DNA of 64,000 nt from Halobacteriovoraceae bacterium (GCA_963719505.1 CAVRCF010000004.1:1-64000); one strand, 5' to 3'; shown: positions 1 through 14,021, counted from the first letter of the stretch. Made by a program: numbers and translations. Notes: generated by a model not told the origin, from the sequence alone.

Positions 1-249
1 GTATTTGGGCTTTTGCATCAACTCCTATAGAGTATGTAGCATATGACCCCAATACGAAGTCATACTCAGCAAGTATTGCACTTCCCAGGAAATACATCAT
101 TCAAAATAGGAACAGATTGGGAATCTGTTAGCAACCTGACATTGAGAAAACAATTATCAGGGAAAAGTAGGGCCATAGAAACAAGTTATAACCCAAACGA
201 CGAAGAAAAGTCTAAAAATGTAATGTTACAAAAGGAAATTAACTTTTAG
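1..249 (+). pseudogene. Mirror copy (divergent allele, frameshifted) of tamB 3' end
   Basis: Ends IETSYNPNDEEKSKNVMLQKEINF, matching the C-terminus of 44241-46403. Confidence 0.8.
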
Positions 250-1086
250 CTTTCTCTAATGTGGTTAGATAGTGAACATATTTTCTAAAAAGACTTTGTT
301 CAACATCTCCAACATACTCATTCTTCGCAGGAAGCTTCAGAATAACTTCAAGTTCTTTTTTCTCAGTCATTACAAGTCGTACTCTTGGCTCTACATTTGG
401 GATGAGAAGGCCCTTCTTTATGACAAAACTTTTCTATGATTTTCTTTGCATCCTTTAGATAGTCTTTACAAATCTCATTAGACCAGGTTTAGAAGTTCAA
501 CTTCAAATTCATCGAATGTCACTCCAGGCGGCATCGAAAATGCAAACGACTTTATAGAATAGTTTTTAAAGTAAGATTCGTTAACTACAGCTTTAGTTAA
601 AACTAAAGAGTTTGGTATAGTGATTATATCACCAGTTGTTTGCTGAGAATGTTTCTCTGGTCCAATTTCTAGTACTTTCGTAGTGGTAAGGTTTCTTTCG
701 ACAACAAAACCTCGAATACCATCTACTTCTATTCTATCACCAACTTCATAGTGGTTATTCATTTTTAATAAGCACTCCCCCCATAAAAGTCATAATGACT
801 TCTTTAGTCGCAACGACAATAGCTGCAACGACCGCAACGAAAGAGATCATTACTGTTTGCAGGTGAGAAAACCATAGAATAAAAAGTAAAAATACAGAAA
901 GAAAAGTTAAATAGTTTGAAGTTGACTTAATTTTTCTAATTTTTTCGACAGAAGAAATTTTTCTGCTTTCCTAATCCTTAAATTATATACAAATTTCAAG
1001 CTTGTTACAGTCGAGGATCAAAACTAATTGTTAAGCATTACTTGTCGTAAATTATTTCCTTGAGATATCCAAGAGTCAACAGTCAT
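239..1086 (-). pseudogene. Mirror copy of MscS-family gene 43409-44251, frameshifted
   Basis: Fragment GDRIEVDGIRGFVVERNLTTTKVLEIGPE is identical in protein. Confidence 0.8.
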
Positions 1087-1088
1087 TT

Positions 1089-2115
1089 TTATTCCTCAGC
1101 AATGTCAATATCATAGTAGTCGAGATAATTATCCTCTTCATCACAATCAGATTCTTTGAAATAACCAAGATGGTAAAGTGGATCCCCTGTCATCAATAAT
1201 GCTGATTCAGAGATACCTATTATAACAGCATTTTGAGGGGCGATTACTTTTATGAAGGAGAGCTCCCCGGTAACTTTTCTTACTTCACCTAAAACTTCGC
1301 CTTTTTGAATAACTTTACCTGGTTTAACTTTATTTATCATAAGGCCTCCACGCTCCGTTCTCATCCAGCTCGTTTTCATAAGTCTTAGAGTTTCACTTTG
1401 CAACTTCTTCTTTTGGCTCTCAACATTTTATATTCAGCGAGAACACTTTTGACAAGATTTACTCCATAATTTGTAATTGAAGTATTTAGTCTAAGCCTTC
1501 TCCGCCCTCGTAAACAATACAAGGTTTACCAACTGCCTTAAGAGCTCCACGCAAAGACCCAGAACCTGGATTACTGTTAACTGCGACTGGAATACTTAGG
1601 TTGGGAATAAGTTTTTTTAGTTGTTTGTCTTTCATATCTATTCTGATCTGAGGAATATTAAATCTTCCCATTCCCCCGGAATGAAGATCGACATAAATGT
1701 CGCCGTATCTTGAAATGTTTTTAAAACAAAAATCGGCAAATTTTGATCCAAAACTTCCATTTTGATTTCCAGGGAAAAACCGATTTAGGTCTTTTCTCTG
1801 GAAGGTATCTCGACTTGTTATAGAATCCATAGATATTTATTAGGGGAAAATTATGAGAGTACCCTTCGTTATTTTTAACTTACTTTGCATTAATTTTTGG
1901 GCAATTCTCAATGCACTAATTTCATCACCATGAATACATGCTGTGACGACCACGCACGGTGATATTTCTTCGGTTGCTCTATGAATATAGAACGGGACTT
2001 CTTGTCTACTCACGCCAAAAAAAGTGGGGAAGGTAATAAACTCCTGATATTGTCTGCCAACTTCGTAGTCTTCAATATCAAAATCAAAAATTTCTTGCTT
2101 CATATCGTTCTCCAT
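1089..2115 (-). pseudogene. Mirror copy of succinylglutamate desuccinylase/aspartoacylase gene, in 3 fragments
   Basis: Fragments 1840-2115, 1486-1830 and 1089-1403 tile 42381-43406. Confidence 0.8.
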
Positions 2116-2159
2116 TTTTTAGAATATAATACCACTTATGTTTCCACAGCGCTTGAATT

Positions 2160-2742
2160 TTATTTAAGAGATCTGATTTTTTCTTTTATTATTTTTGCGA
2201 CTTCAGAGTGAACATACTGGGAGATCTCTTCGTCTAATAGTGCAATTTGTCTAACAATTGACGATGAAATCGTGGCGTAGTGTGGCTTGGAGAACATGCA
2301 TATGGTCTCTATCTTCTTGGCTATTCCTCTATTACCGACGGACAGTTCGAACTCCATTTGATAGTCAGAACTGCTTCGTAGCCCCCTTATAAAAAAACTT
2401 ATACTTTCATCTTTTGCAAACCTAGCGGTACTACCAGTGACAATCTTGATTTCGACATTTTCTAGTTTGTAGTGATCAATATAGATCTGCATCATTTGTT
2501 TTTTTTCTTCAATCGAGAAAAGGTAGTTTTTTTCTGGATTTTGAGCAATTGGCCCAATCGACTCGAGAGAACTTTTTTGACGCGCGCATCATTATATCTG
2601 CATGTCCCCATGTCGGCGGATCTGCACTTATTGCGTAAAGTGCTGAGTTTTCTCGAGTTAGAGCTTGATAAGCTTTCTTGAGTTTACTTGAAGCAACGCC
2701 GGCTCCAGTAAAAAACTTCTCAATCCAACTGTCGAAATTCAT
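2160..2742 (-). pseudogene. coaD: Mirror copy of coaD, frameshifted
   Basis: Fragments 2509-2742 and 2160-2495 tile 41755-42333. Confidence 0.8.
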
Positions 2743-2843
2743 CTCAATCCTCTTGTATTAAAGTGTTCTTAAAAAGTATCTAAGAATTAAAATAGTGGCA
2801 AGATAATCTTGCGAAAGAGGTTAAAACAGCTGATTATATAGCG

Positions 2844-3571
2844 ATGGAAAAAACGATTGAAAATTTTGATTTAGAGCCTGGTGACACTATTGGTAATAAA
2901 TATATTGTCACTGATCATATCGGTTCCGGACTGAGGGTGAGGTCTTTAAAGTTCTAGAGATCGATTCGGAGATTCGAAGTGCCCTCAAGTTTTTTTTTCC
3001 TCAAAGAAATAAAAAATTTCAAGTTAGTCTTAGTAACTCAAAGAAACTCCATAAGCTGGCAGAGTCCGCTTATCGTTAATTTTCACTCTCATGAAAAATT
3101 TAAGATTCGTGGACAAAAGATTGCTTGTATAGTGTGTGAACTTATTGAGGGAGAGATTCTTGGAGAGCTGATAGAAAAACAAAGACAAAAGAAGATGAGC
3201 ATTTTTGCTGGGATCCACCTTCTCTACTCCCTAGTCTGTGGACTCGAGTTTATACATTTAAATGGCGAGTATCACGGTGATCTTCACGTAGATAATATCA
3301 TCATAAAAAAATTTGGACTTGAATTTGAAATAAAAATAATCGACTTTCACCATTGGGGTGATTCTAAAAAAGATAATAGAGATGAAGATATAATTAAAAC
3401 AATTAGAATCTTTTACGATATTTTGGGTGGCTCAAAACACTACAAGAATCTTCCTCCTTCTATCAAATATATTATTTGCGGACTTAAAAGAGGATTAATC
3501 CTAGATAGGTTTAAAACTGTCTCTCACCTTCGCTTCACCTTGAACAAATGGATTGGTCAGATGCTGTCTAA
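2844..3571 (+). pseudogene. Mirror copy of Ser/Thr protein kinase, frameshifted
   Basis: HGDLHVDNIIIKKFG; matches 40922-41653. Confidence 0.8.
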
Positions 3572-4327
3572 AAATATAATCCTTACTGGTGATTCAGAAG
3601 ATCATTACAAACTTATTGAGATTGAGAACTACAAGTTTGGTTATTTCAGGTTAAAGAATAAGACAAAAAGCTCAACGAAGACTCACTCATTATTAGTGAG
3701 AAGGGAGACTCTATATTTTTTGCCGTCGCTGACGGAGCCAGCGGCGATCCTAAAGGAGCTGAAGCCTCCAAGGTGGCGGTTGAGACCTATTCGAATTTCT
3801 TCGATAGTGGCAGATGTGCTTGATTGATACCAGCATTGATGCGAACGAGAATGTAAAAGCCTTGAAGGTGGGGGCGAGGACGACTCTAGTCTGTGTCAAG
3901 ATTGAAGATAATATGCTCCAGTCAGTAAGTGTTGGAGACTCGGAAGTTATCTATTGGAATTCTAAACTCAATGAGATGTACAGAAATATTCCGCAGTCTG
4001 AAGTAGGTTACATGATCGAAAGTGGAACGATTGATCAAGAAGAGTCTCTCGATGATCCCATGAGACATTATGTTCTTAATCTTTTGGGTGATAAGAATAT
4101 TCCAATGGAGACAACTTCAAAGATCGAATTAAAAAATGGCCATCTCATTCTATTGGGAAGTGATGGTTTATTTGATAATTTTTCTCATGATCAGCTTAAA
4201 GAAATTATTGAGAAGGTCTCGTTCGAAGATGGCTTTGATAAGCTTTGTGAGATTTGTAAAGCAAATCCCTCAGACTTGGAAGAAGGATGATGATATCTCT
4301 TTTATTTTTATAAAAAAAATCAAATAA
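3561..4327 (+). pseudogene. Mirror copy of PP2C phosphatase, frameshifted
   Basis: LLGSDGLFDN; matches 40165-40953. Confidence 0.8.
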
Positions 4328-4584
4328 TATTTGGTCCAGTTGCTTTCGACTTTCGTGTCTCTTGTTTTTTAAATCCAAATCTTCCAATGACGTACCCCCC
4401 GACAAAACCTAATAGAGTAAGTAGGATAAGAAGATAAAGTTTAGGAAACTCAGTTAGAGTCCAAAAGAAAAGGTCGATTGCAAGGGGACCAGTATTTTGC
4501 ACACAGAAGATGATACCAAAAAATGCTGATAATGCGACTAACGATTCCTTTCACTCCTAATGCATTGTAAATTTTAGTAAACAT
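4320..4584 (-). pseudogene. Mirror copy of LapA-like membrane protein
   Basis: Matches 39912-40172. Confidence 0.7.
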
Positions 4585-4596
4585 TTTATCTCCTAT

Positions 4597-5390
4597 TTAA
4601 TTTTCTTTTTAAAAATTTTATTCCTTTTACTATTGGCTCTTTAGAAACATCAAAGGAGTTGCGTGGCCCCACCAGGATACAGTCAGAGACTCTACTTCAG
4701 CACTCGCTGTTAAGAGTCTTCCTTCAAAGTTAGTCATTTGAGAATGTTCAAGTAGAGTATCAGACTTTCCGTGATAAAGAAAAAAGCATGCTCTCTCCTT
4801 TGCGTATGTGAATGATTTGGATGCTTCATAATATTCTTTTAGAAAACCTTCTCTGTGTTCTCCTAGATAGTCTTTTATGTAGGGTGAAAACTTGGCAACG
4901 AGCTAAATCATAAGGACTCTCCACTGACGATTGCCTTTACCTCGCGATTATGCACCATCCCGTACATCAATGACGTGTGAGCACCGGAAGAATAACCCCA
5001 CAAAGCAACTTTTGAGCTGTCGATGGAAGTCATAATTTTTTTATAAATAAAACAGCTTCAGAGAGATCTTCTATAGCTGCAGGGTGTCTGTGTTCAGGGC
5101 TAGCCCATAATTGATGTTGAAGACATTAAAACCGTGGCTGGCCAATGAGACACTGACATTATCCATATCTGACTTGTTTCTCGATGACTATCTGCCCCCG
5201 TGAACGACAAAAAACAATAGGACTATTATTCTTTGAACTTAGGTAGAGGTCTCCTTGCAAAGGTCTTTCATCAGTTTTATAAGTCGTGTAGTGGATATTT
5301 TCAATTTATTTTATATGTTTCATCCGCTTTGTAAGTCGCGCATGAACTGGCAACAAGACAAAGTAAAAGAAATATAAGTGATTTTTTCAT
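4597..5390 (-). pseudogene. Mirror copy of alpha/beta hydrolase, heavily frameshifted
   Basis: Nucleotide match to 39105-39902. Confidence 0.75.
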
Positions 5391-5731
5391 TTTTCTCCTC
5401 ACCTACTAATTTCATGAAGCGGGCACAGCTGGGTTACTAGTATGCTTTTGAAGTTAGACTCTTTTCTTCTATTTCCAATATACTCATTCTTTTACCAATT
5501 TCATAACTTTTATTAAGCCTCAGATAAATATACTTAGACATAGACCGATCAAAGGCCGATTCAATACTCTACAGGTTATCTATGCCTATGCTTCTACCTT
5601 TATTCTAATCATTAATAACCAAAGTCACTTTATTTTCCAAGCCAACAGAAACTTTAAATGTTTAGTTTTTTACACATAAAATCAATGAAAATAGATTATA
5701 GTTTGGTATGTTATTTTGAAAAGGAGAACCA

Positions 5732-6614
5732 ATGGAAATGAATGCAATCAAAGACGGAGTTGCGAAACTTTACGATAAACTCGAAGGATGGGCTGAAGCT
5801 AGCATAAAAATGCTCCCAAATCTCATTATCGCTCTTCTCATTGTCATTTTCTTTTGGATCCTCAATAAGATCATTTATAACTGGGCATTAAAAATGTTCA
5901 AGAAAACTCATATCAATGAAAATATTGAACGCTTATTGGCGTCTACGGCAAAAATACTTGTTATATGTTTGGGCTTAGTCTTTGCTCTTGGCGTGCTCGA
6001 TCTTCAAAAGACTGTCTTCTTACTCTTAGCCGGAGTTGGTGTTATAGGACTAGCACTGGGTTTTGCTTTCCAGGATCTTGCCTCAAACTTCATTGCAGGT
6101 ATCATGCTAGCCCTTCGAGCTCCAATAAAGATTGGGGATGTTGTCAAATAGTAGGCACTATGGGAACCGTCATTGATATAAGACTTAGAGATACACATGT
6201 TAGAAATTTTGACGGCCAAGATCTTTATACCAAATAAAGACTTCACAACCAATGAACTTACTAACTACTCTAGCTTTGGAAAAGAGAAATTAAGATTGAA
6301 GTGGGTGTTGGATATGAAGATGATCAAGCAAAAGCTGTTAAAGTCGTTTTAGAGGCTCTCATTCTGTTCCGGGAATTCTCACCGACCGAGCACCAGATGC
6401 CTACATAGAAAGCTTAGGTGGAAGTAGCGTGAACCTTTTTGGACAAGTGTGGTACAGGTATCCAGGTGGAAATTATTTTCAGGTCCGCCACGATGCTATA
6501 AACTTAGTCAAAAAAGCTCTTGTGGATCAAGGATTCAATATCCCTTTCCCAATTCGAACTCTCGAAGCTGGCGATTCTTTAAAAGAAATTTTAAAGAAAG
6601 ATAAAGACTCATAA
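5732..6614 (+). pseudogene. mscS: Mirror copy of mscS, frameshifted
   Basis: GLALGFAFQDLASNFIAG; matches 37875-38762. Confidence 0.8.
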
Positions 6615-6986
6615 AAAAGATAAAAAAAAGCCTCAAACTAATTTGAGGCTTTTATAACTATAAAGATTTTTTTACTACAAATAAGAAAGGCAGTCCTCAT
6701 CTTCAAGAAGGTTTTTTCTTGGTACCAAAGGTTCTACTTTCGTCGCATTAAAGTCTATAAGATCTTTAATTTCTTTTTTAGCTTTCTTGTAATCAGTTTT
6801 CGTCTTTGTTTCTTTAGATTTAACTTTGTGCTCTTTTTTCAATTCTTTTTAATCTCCTATTTGGTGGTGATAAATATGTCTAGATAAGTATACATGAGCC
6901 CTTTAATCAATAATATTAGTATTTTTACAAGTTCGCATTTACCGAACCTTCTAAAGGATGAGCAAAAAATCTTTCAAGCGACTGAA

Positions 6987-7944
6987 TTAATTCAACTTCT
7001 CTTTTGAAACGTCTGCAGACTTCTATTTGATAGTCAATATCATCATACCGAATTGGGAGGTTGGTCATTTCGACCAATAAGGTTTTGCAATGTCGAAATG
7101 GAAAGAACCATTGTATGATTACCTTTTTTCCAAATAGCGTACAAAGAAATTCTAATTGGCTCATCTAAGGTAAAGGTTTCTAACTTAGTATAGTTGGCCA
7201 GAGGGTTTTGAGGAATAAACATCACACAACGACCTCTTTCACAACAAAGCTTGTCGACAAATCCTCTATGGTCACTAGATATTTTCTCTGGAAATATTAA
7301 TTTTTCTCATATGTTTATAAATAGATTTATTTAATGTCTTATCCCAACTACTTTCAGCAAAAGGTATATTAATAAGAATATCTTTTTTAAATTTTTGATA
7401 GTATTTTTAGACAACAAAAACAATTTCCAGGAAGCTAATTTCAGCGTGCTCTATCGTTTTCCTTCTTGGAGGTCTGGTGCTAATTCCCCAGTCAATATTT
7501 CCTCTAACTAAACTTTCAACCAGTGCCTCGTGACCAACTTCCTGTAACATCGACAGTGCCGTACTTTGTATAGAGTGTCCAGTACTGAGACGCAAACTCC
7601 GTCGATAGATCACTCGAAACAGTTTCTTCTAATGCCAATATTGACGGGATATCTCCTTCTCGAACAATCTCATCTGAGAATTGCTCAAGGAGTTTATTTC
7701 CTTCTTCGAATATAACTTTTGATCTCTCAAAGAGCTTAATACCCTCTTGAGTAAGTGAGAGCCCTTTCGAGCTACGAATAAAAAGTCTAACTTCTAAATT
7801 TTCTTCGAATTTTTTGAGCTGTTCGCTTAAAGTGGAAGATGCCAAACCTATTCCTTCTGCACCTTTCTTTAACGACTGGACTTTTGCTACCTCATGAAAG
7901 GCATAAAGATGATTCCGGAGTCTGATATCTTTTAACTTCTTCAT
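6987..7944 (-). pseudogene. Mirror copy of LysR regulator
   Basis: Fragments match 36548-37507. Confidence 0.8.
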
Positions 7945-7952
7945 TTTTCTTC

Positions 7953-8414
7953 TTAATTTATTGTTACTTTTTCTTCTGCCATGGCCATATCAATTCCCAT
8001 GATAAAAGATATCTCGTATTCTAGTAACTTATCTTTTAATGATGTAAGGAGTTTTCTTTCACTAACTGTGATCTCTTTATTCTTTTTTAAAGAGTGTTAG
8101 GTTATGGTAAGAACTTCAATACTTTTCTTAAAATTAACCAAGCTTTAATTTGATCTTTTAAAGAATTTATAGCGGCTACCATCAATTTGGTTGAGACTCA
8201 ATTAAATCACCTTTGGCAAAAGATTTTAACGAATAACCGTATCTTTGGTTGGTAGTTTTTAAACTGTACCTTCTTCTCCAATAGGAACAAAAACTGTCAT
8301 TTTTTTAGTATTGTCATAAATACGGTGAAAATCTTTTCCGTACATCGCTTCAAGCCCTAGGTATTTACCAATGTTTACTTTCGCCTGAATCGCTTCACCA
8401 ACTTCGAATTTCAT
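7953..8414 (-). pseudogene. Mirror copy of CarD-like gene
   Basis: Nucleotide match to 36081-36539. Confidence 0.7.
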
Positions 8415-9297
8415 TTATATCTTTTGAATGAATCCATAAGAACCATATTAAAAGCGACAAAAAGACTGGAGTTGTTCCATCTTTGAATTGCCCTGTAATT
8501 AGGTCCCTTCAGAATAATGGGACTATCTTGTAAAGGGATAGTCAGATTCATGTTCTTTGTGTTGGAAGATTTAAGAAATAAAAGTTCCAACCTTATCATT
8601 TTTTTTCTGAGCGAATTGGTGAAGAAAATTTGCAATGGACGCGTAGTAACATCAGCTTTCGTTGACCAAATGTCGATCTTTCCATCCTTGTTATAATCCT
8701 GCCCGTAAGCGGGAATATTAGATGGCATAAATTGGCACTGACCTGTTGCTCCTGCCCAACTTCCTACAAAATCTTTTGCTGTTGTGTGCTTGTTCTTTAT
8801 AAGTCTCAACGTGGCATTCAATTGAGTTTCGTAGAACTTTCTTCTTCTACCATCATGAGACAATGTTGCTAATGATCTCACAACATTATAGTCACCGGTA
8901 ATTCGTCCGTAAAAAGTTTCAACTCCCCACAAAGAAACAATTATTTCTTTCTCAACTCCATACTCATCTTCGATTTTTTGAAGAAGAGTTGCGTGCTCTT
9001 TGAGAAGTTTTATTCCTTGGACTACTCGCTCATTATAACCGCGAAGCCATCTGCCCATAAACTTTTGATAGCTTCTTTCAGTGTCGAGAGTAACTTGATT
9101 TTTGTCTCTTTCGACAACTTTAGGGTCTCTTTGAACGTTCTTTAGAGTACTGAGCACAAAGCTCTTAGATAAACCTATTTTGAAGCCCTAGCTGCATAAT
9201 CCTGTTTCCACTGCTCGAATGATTCACTTGATGCTGAATTTGAAATTACAAAACTTGAAATTATTAAAAAGGTAGAAATTAAGGATTTGCTATTCAT
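8411..9297 (-). pseudogene. Mirror copy of lytic murein transglycosylase
   Basis: WGVETFYG and GSWAGATGQCQFMPS; matches 35194-36084. Confidence 0.8.
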
Positions 9298-9376
9298 CCA
9301 CTACTATTATGGCATGAAATCGGTTTTTATGAAAGTGCTAATTGTCTTTTTAGGTTTTACCGAAGTCAAAGTGACA

Positions 9377-10134
9377 CTATTCCAACTCTTTCGCTTACTT
9401 CATCCCAAAATTTCAATCTCTTATCTAGAGCTAAAATAGCTGACTGTTTCGCTTCTTCCCAATGCGTGCTATTTTCTCCGCAGAGGCTTTCAATTATTTT
9501 AAGCGCCAATTAGCCAGCTGATGGGATTCACCATCAATTTCGATATGACGATTCAAATAGAGGTGAAACATTGGGGCATCTGATTGCCTTATATTCATTT
9601 TGTCCAAGATACTTTGAAACATTATGGGAATAACTTTTTCTCTACCAAAGCAAAAGGCTGAAGCTATTTGGTGAATCTTTGCTGATCGAACGAGATCGAA
9701 AGAGTACTGTGAAAAATCGCGACAACTTTTTGGTATCGCTTTGTCAGCTAGGGCTTGGTCCACACCCAAAGAGCCTACTTGCCTCACAAAGTGCATGGCC
9801 AAATCACTGTTTGCCCCGACCTCATTCATCGCTTCGATGTACATTTCAAAATGGCTAAGGTTCTTCCATCGCACTCGTCGGATTCCTCAGCTAAAATGAT
9901 TTCATTCACAAATCTCGCAAGCTTTTGGTCTTTTGGTGGTAGCCAAATGGTCTGAATTGGCGCGAATTCATTTTGAAGCGCTTTGGCCAAGGACATAAAA
10001 TCAAAAACAGCATAAACATGCCTTTGCATAAAAACTTTTAACTTTTCGATGCTATCGATACTTTTATAAAGCTTATGATTTTGAAGCAGTGTGATTTGTG
10101 GCTCAATGGCTTTTTGTAGTTCTATAATTGACAT
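9377..10134 (-). pseudogene. Mirror copy of DUF3050 gene
   Basis: Fragments match 34362-35114. Confidence 0.8.
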
Positions 10135-10247
10135 GGGAAATTTTTAGCACTATCTCTCCCCCTAACAATATTCTTTCCTAGTACATTTGTTGGATGTTTG
10201 ACATACCAAACTCTTATACATAAGATTTTATCTTTCAAGGAGATAGA

Positions 10248-10746
10248 ATGAAAACAATAATTATCGCTCTATTAGCGACCCAGACTTTACTTGCCTTCGA
10301 GCCTCAGTATGTTGAAACTCAAAGCTATAAGGTAGAGACAAGTAGACAGTATGAATCTCAAAATGCGCCTAGGTTTTGCCGTTTCGAGACGAGACTGGAT
10401 GAATCAAAGAGTGTCATAAAAAACTCAAGGTTGTGTTGTCGGCTCACCGATAGATTATTTTGGATGGAATATGGAATTAGACCCTAGTGATCTGCCTCTT
10501 AAGGATGGATTCGAAAAGGTCTTTAAAACTCCTGGTTCTACTGGAATGATCTTAACTTACAAGAATAGAACTTTAACTTTTGCAAAGATAAAATCGGAAC
10601 AAGTTTGGAATAGACTCTATCCTTTTAGTATTTCTGTAGATCAAAATTTAGCAAATCCGAAAAGTTTTAAGGGAGTCATGGAGGGGTATGAAAGAACGAG
10701 ACTTGGTAGACTCAAAAAACATGTCGTTCAAAGCTGTAACTTTTAG
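10248..10746 (+). pseudogene. Mirror copy of secreted hypothetical protein
   Basis: Two fragments match 33750-34247. Confidence 0.75.
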
Positions 10747-11262
10747 TACAGATCCACATAATCATAAGTAGAAGTGCCTGCTGCCAGGTAGTTGTCTTCA
10801 AACATGTAATTGATGACTTCATTCACATCGGTAGACTCTTCTTGTTGATAAATATTAAGCGTAATTAAAAGAAGTAAAGTTGCAAAAACTCCAAACGTTG
10901 AAAGTTTGACCTTTATATCTGGCCATTTCAACAAAAGTTGCTTTTGATCTATTTCCATCTCATTTCTTGCCTGCACCGTCACATTCACTGAACCAACAGC
11001 GTACGTGTGCTTTCTCAAAAAATCTTTTGCCGTGTTCATGGCAATTCTATAGATCCAAGTTTTAAAGGTTGTATCTCTTTTAAAGCTAGAGTAATTTTTC
11101 CATGCTTTAATAAAAGTATCTTGGGTCAACTCGTTTGCATTCGCTTCCCACCATCCAGAAAATTGAATTCCTCACAAACTCTTTATGCTCAACAGAGAGA
11201 TTTTCAAACTCCTCCAAGGATAGGCTTCTAGGAGTAAAAAGATCTAGCGCTCTTTTAAACAC
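10743..11262 (-). pseudogene. Mirror copy of ECF sigma and anti-sigma fused by a ~270-bp deletion
   Basis: The sequence jumps from the equivalent of 33311 to 33580 at ~10920. Confidence 0.75.
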
Positions 11263-14021
11263 TTATTTTTTACCTTTTCTTTTTTTCTTTCTTTTTTCAA
11301 ACTGATAAATTTTTGTCTCTGCTCTTTGGTTAAAACAGACTTCATAAAGACAAGTTCTATTATACTGACAATCGTCTTAAGTTTTTTAACTTAGAATGAA
11401 GAGCTTTTAGACGAGAGTCTGACTCTCCATTTAAAAAAGCTTTATCAAACTCAGCTTTAGCTTGTTTCATCTGGATCTAATTTCTTCCCTTCCCTTTCTT
11501 TTCTTTTCTATGAGTTTTAATTTTTTCTATCTGTTCTGAGGAGAGATCAAGTTTTTGAGCCAAAATGTGTCCTCTTTTATCAGATTTTCCATGTCTGAGC
11601 CAACATCATCATAAAAAGAATCGGTAATAATAATTGTTTCATCATAACTCCTTTGCTTCATTTAAGTTTTGCTTATAAACACAAGCTTCATTCTTTAGAC
11701 CAAGAGAAGGCCTATATAGTTCATCTCTAGAACATAATCTTAAAGAACTTGTAATTCCGGAAGCTTAAGGACTTATTTTATAAAAAGATCGTAACCCGCT
11801 TTATACTGGATGGACTTGAGCTCAGCTTTTGAAAGAAGAGTATCATCTTCAAAAGTGATGGTGACTTGCTTTTTCTGAACATCAAATTGAATATTTTCTT
11901 TTTTCATTTTTCTGATTTTTAAAAAGCTCTTTTGTAATTGCCTTTTCACAGTGATCACAAACCATATCAGGGATAGTGTAAACTTTTTGTCACACTAGCA
12001 AAAGAAGAAAAGCTAAGAATAGATAAAGATATAGACTTTCATTGTCCCTCCATACCAGGGGCGACATTAAAATGAATATACCGCCCTATACTATCACCAG
12101 ACTCAAAGTGATCATAAAAGACAGCTTGCCTAAGTCCTTTGGATGGCAAAACTTTTGGGTGGCAAGTAAGTATCACCAGGTTTCATCCGCTCATTTACAT
12201 TACAGTGCTTTAAGGGGGCTGTCGTATGAATACATGGACCCATACCATCGTCTCCAAAGCCTGGGACTTTATTAACGAAAACAACTTGAAGCCCTTCATC
12301 GTGGGCCCTTGTATAAATTTGATTTGGCTATTCGTAGGAATAGGGAGCATCTTTGGTGAGAATACCAATCGTTAAAATGGGATTGACCTTTAAACCAATA
12401 ACTTTTTCTGACCGTCCTGTGACAGCACCTTGATTTCCTACAGCACTCATTTCCATCTCCACCTTCAGAATAGAATTAAAGAAGGCGCCATTGATTTCAG
12501 ATCATCGAAAGTAACATTAACTCAATTTCTTGTCCTGCCGATAAAAAGATTCTCTCTGGCGAGAAAGAGACGTCTTAATATAGTCCCCTGCATTTATAGA
12601 GAAACCCAAAAGATCTCCATAGTCGACGTAAACTTCAATGCTACTTATTTTGAAATGTCTTGTGCTTTGATTTTTACCGGTATCTGCTTGACCGATGAAG
12701 GTTCCATGGAAATATTAGACTCGGGAAATAGGCTTGAGCCCTCATCGCTTGGATCAGGTTCATCAATGTAAATTTGAACAACTTCTTGATCGTTTTTCGC
12801 TACGTCTATTGCTCAAGATTATTTTGGACTGGCTTCTCAAGGCATCCAAGATAGGTCATAAAAATAAGTAAATAAAAGACTTTAATCATATCAGCTCTCC
12901 CTAAACCTAAATCGGAAAGCTGACTAAAAAACTTTAGTTTTCTAACTCACTGAATATTTAAGCTATTTGGAAATTGCCACTTCCCACCACTTAGCAGCGC
13001 TGGCACAATTGATGTTTCAATCATCTGTCATTACAGCTTTCAAAACCCATGCATAAAGTCTTCATCACATTCTGATCCTTCTATGTGAATAGAAAAGGAC
13101 GTCATCTCTATTTTCATATTGTCATACACTCCATCTTCTCTTCATAGGTCATTTCTTTTTTGACATTGTTCACTTGTATGACCAAGGTATAAATTATGCC
13201 CTAACTCGTGAATAAGCTCATTCGACAATTTCATAGTCAGAGATATAGTCAACTCTCCCCCCATCGTCTGCGTTCCAAGCCATCTCTCTTGGATACTCCG
13301 TCACTGAGAAATGCTCCACTTGCAAAGCCCAAACCTTCAAATTGAGCTCCGGTAATAGCGGCCATGCACTCAATTTGTCTATAGTGGCTTTTGACTCATA
13401 CTTTTTATATTCTTCGTAAACTTCATTCATAATTTGGGTTCCGACATTTTCACTATAACTCAAATTCTGTGAAGTCTCTTCTTATCGGTGGCATCTCATT
13501 GAAGCGCATAGTTTTCAGGTAGTGCGTGTTTAAAATTTAAAATTTTCTTCGATATAATATCAAGTGAAATTTGATTTCCAGTTGCTCTGTAAAATCTGTC
13601 TTTTAAGATAGGCTCTATTCTGTTGAGATCTGATAAAGTCATGTAGTCACCATAATAAAGAAGTGCGACTTTTAGTTCACTTTGGTTCTTTTTTAGTAGC
13701 ACTGTGGAATAATTGAATCATAAAGAGAGCACGATGGCTCTTTTGCTTTAAGAACTGGCAATGGTTTTGAAGCCACTGGCCTATAAGTCATAGGCTTGTT
13801 TCTCTCAACCTCATTTCTTGTTGACTGAATACTTCTTTGTAGCCTTCTTTGTTTTCTTCTCTCTATTCTTTGGGTTTTCTTGGTCTATTCTTTATCAAGA
13901 TGTCATGAACAAAAAGTCTCCACAGAAAGTTAATGTGATCGAAGTCTATTTTCTTTTGGGAATAAGCATTTGATGAGCTTAAAATGAGAACCATGAGGGA
14001 TAAAGATAAAAAACTTTTCAT
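11263..14021 (-). pseudogene. Mirror copies of Spy-like, HMA, lipoprotein and metalloprotease genes (30166-32968), frameshifted
   Basis: Fragments at 11773, 13218 and 13496, plus nucleotide match. Confidence 0.75.
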
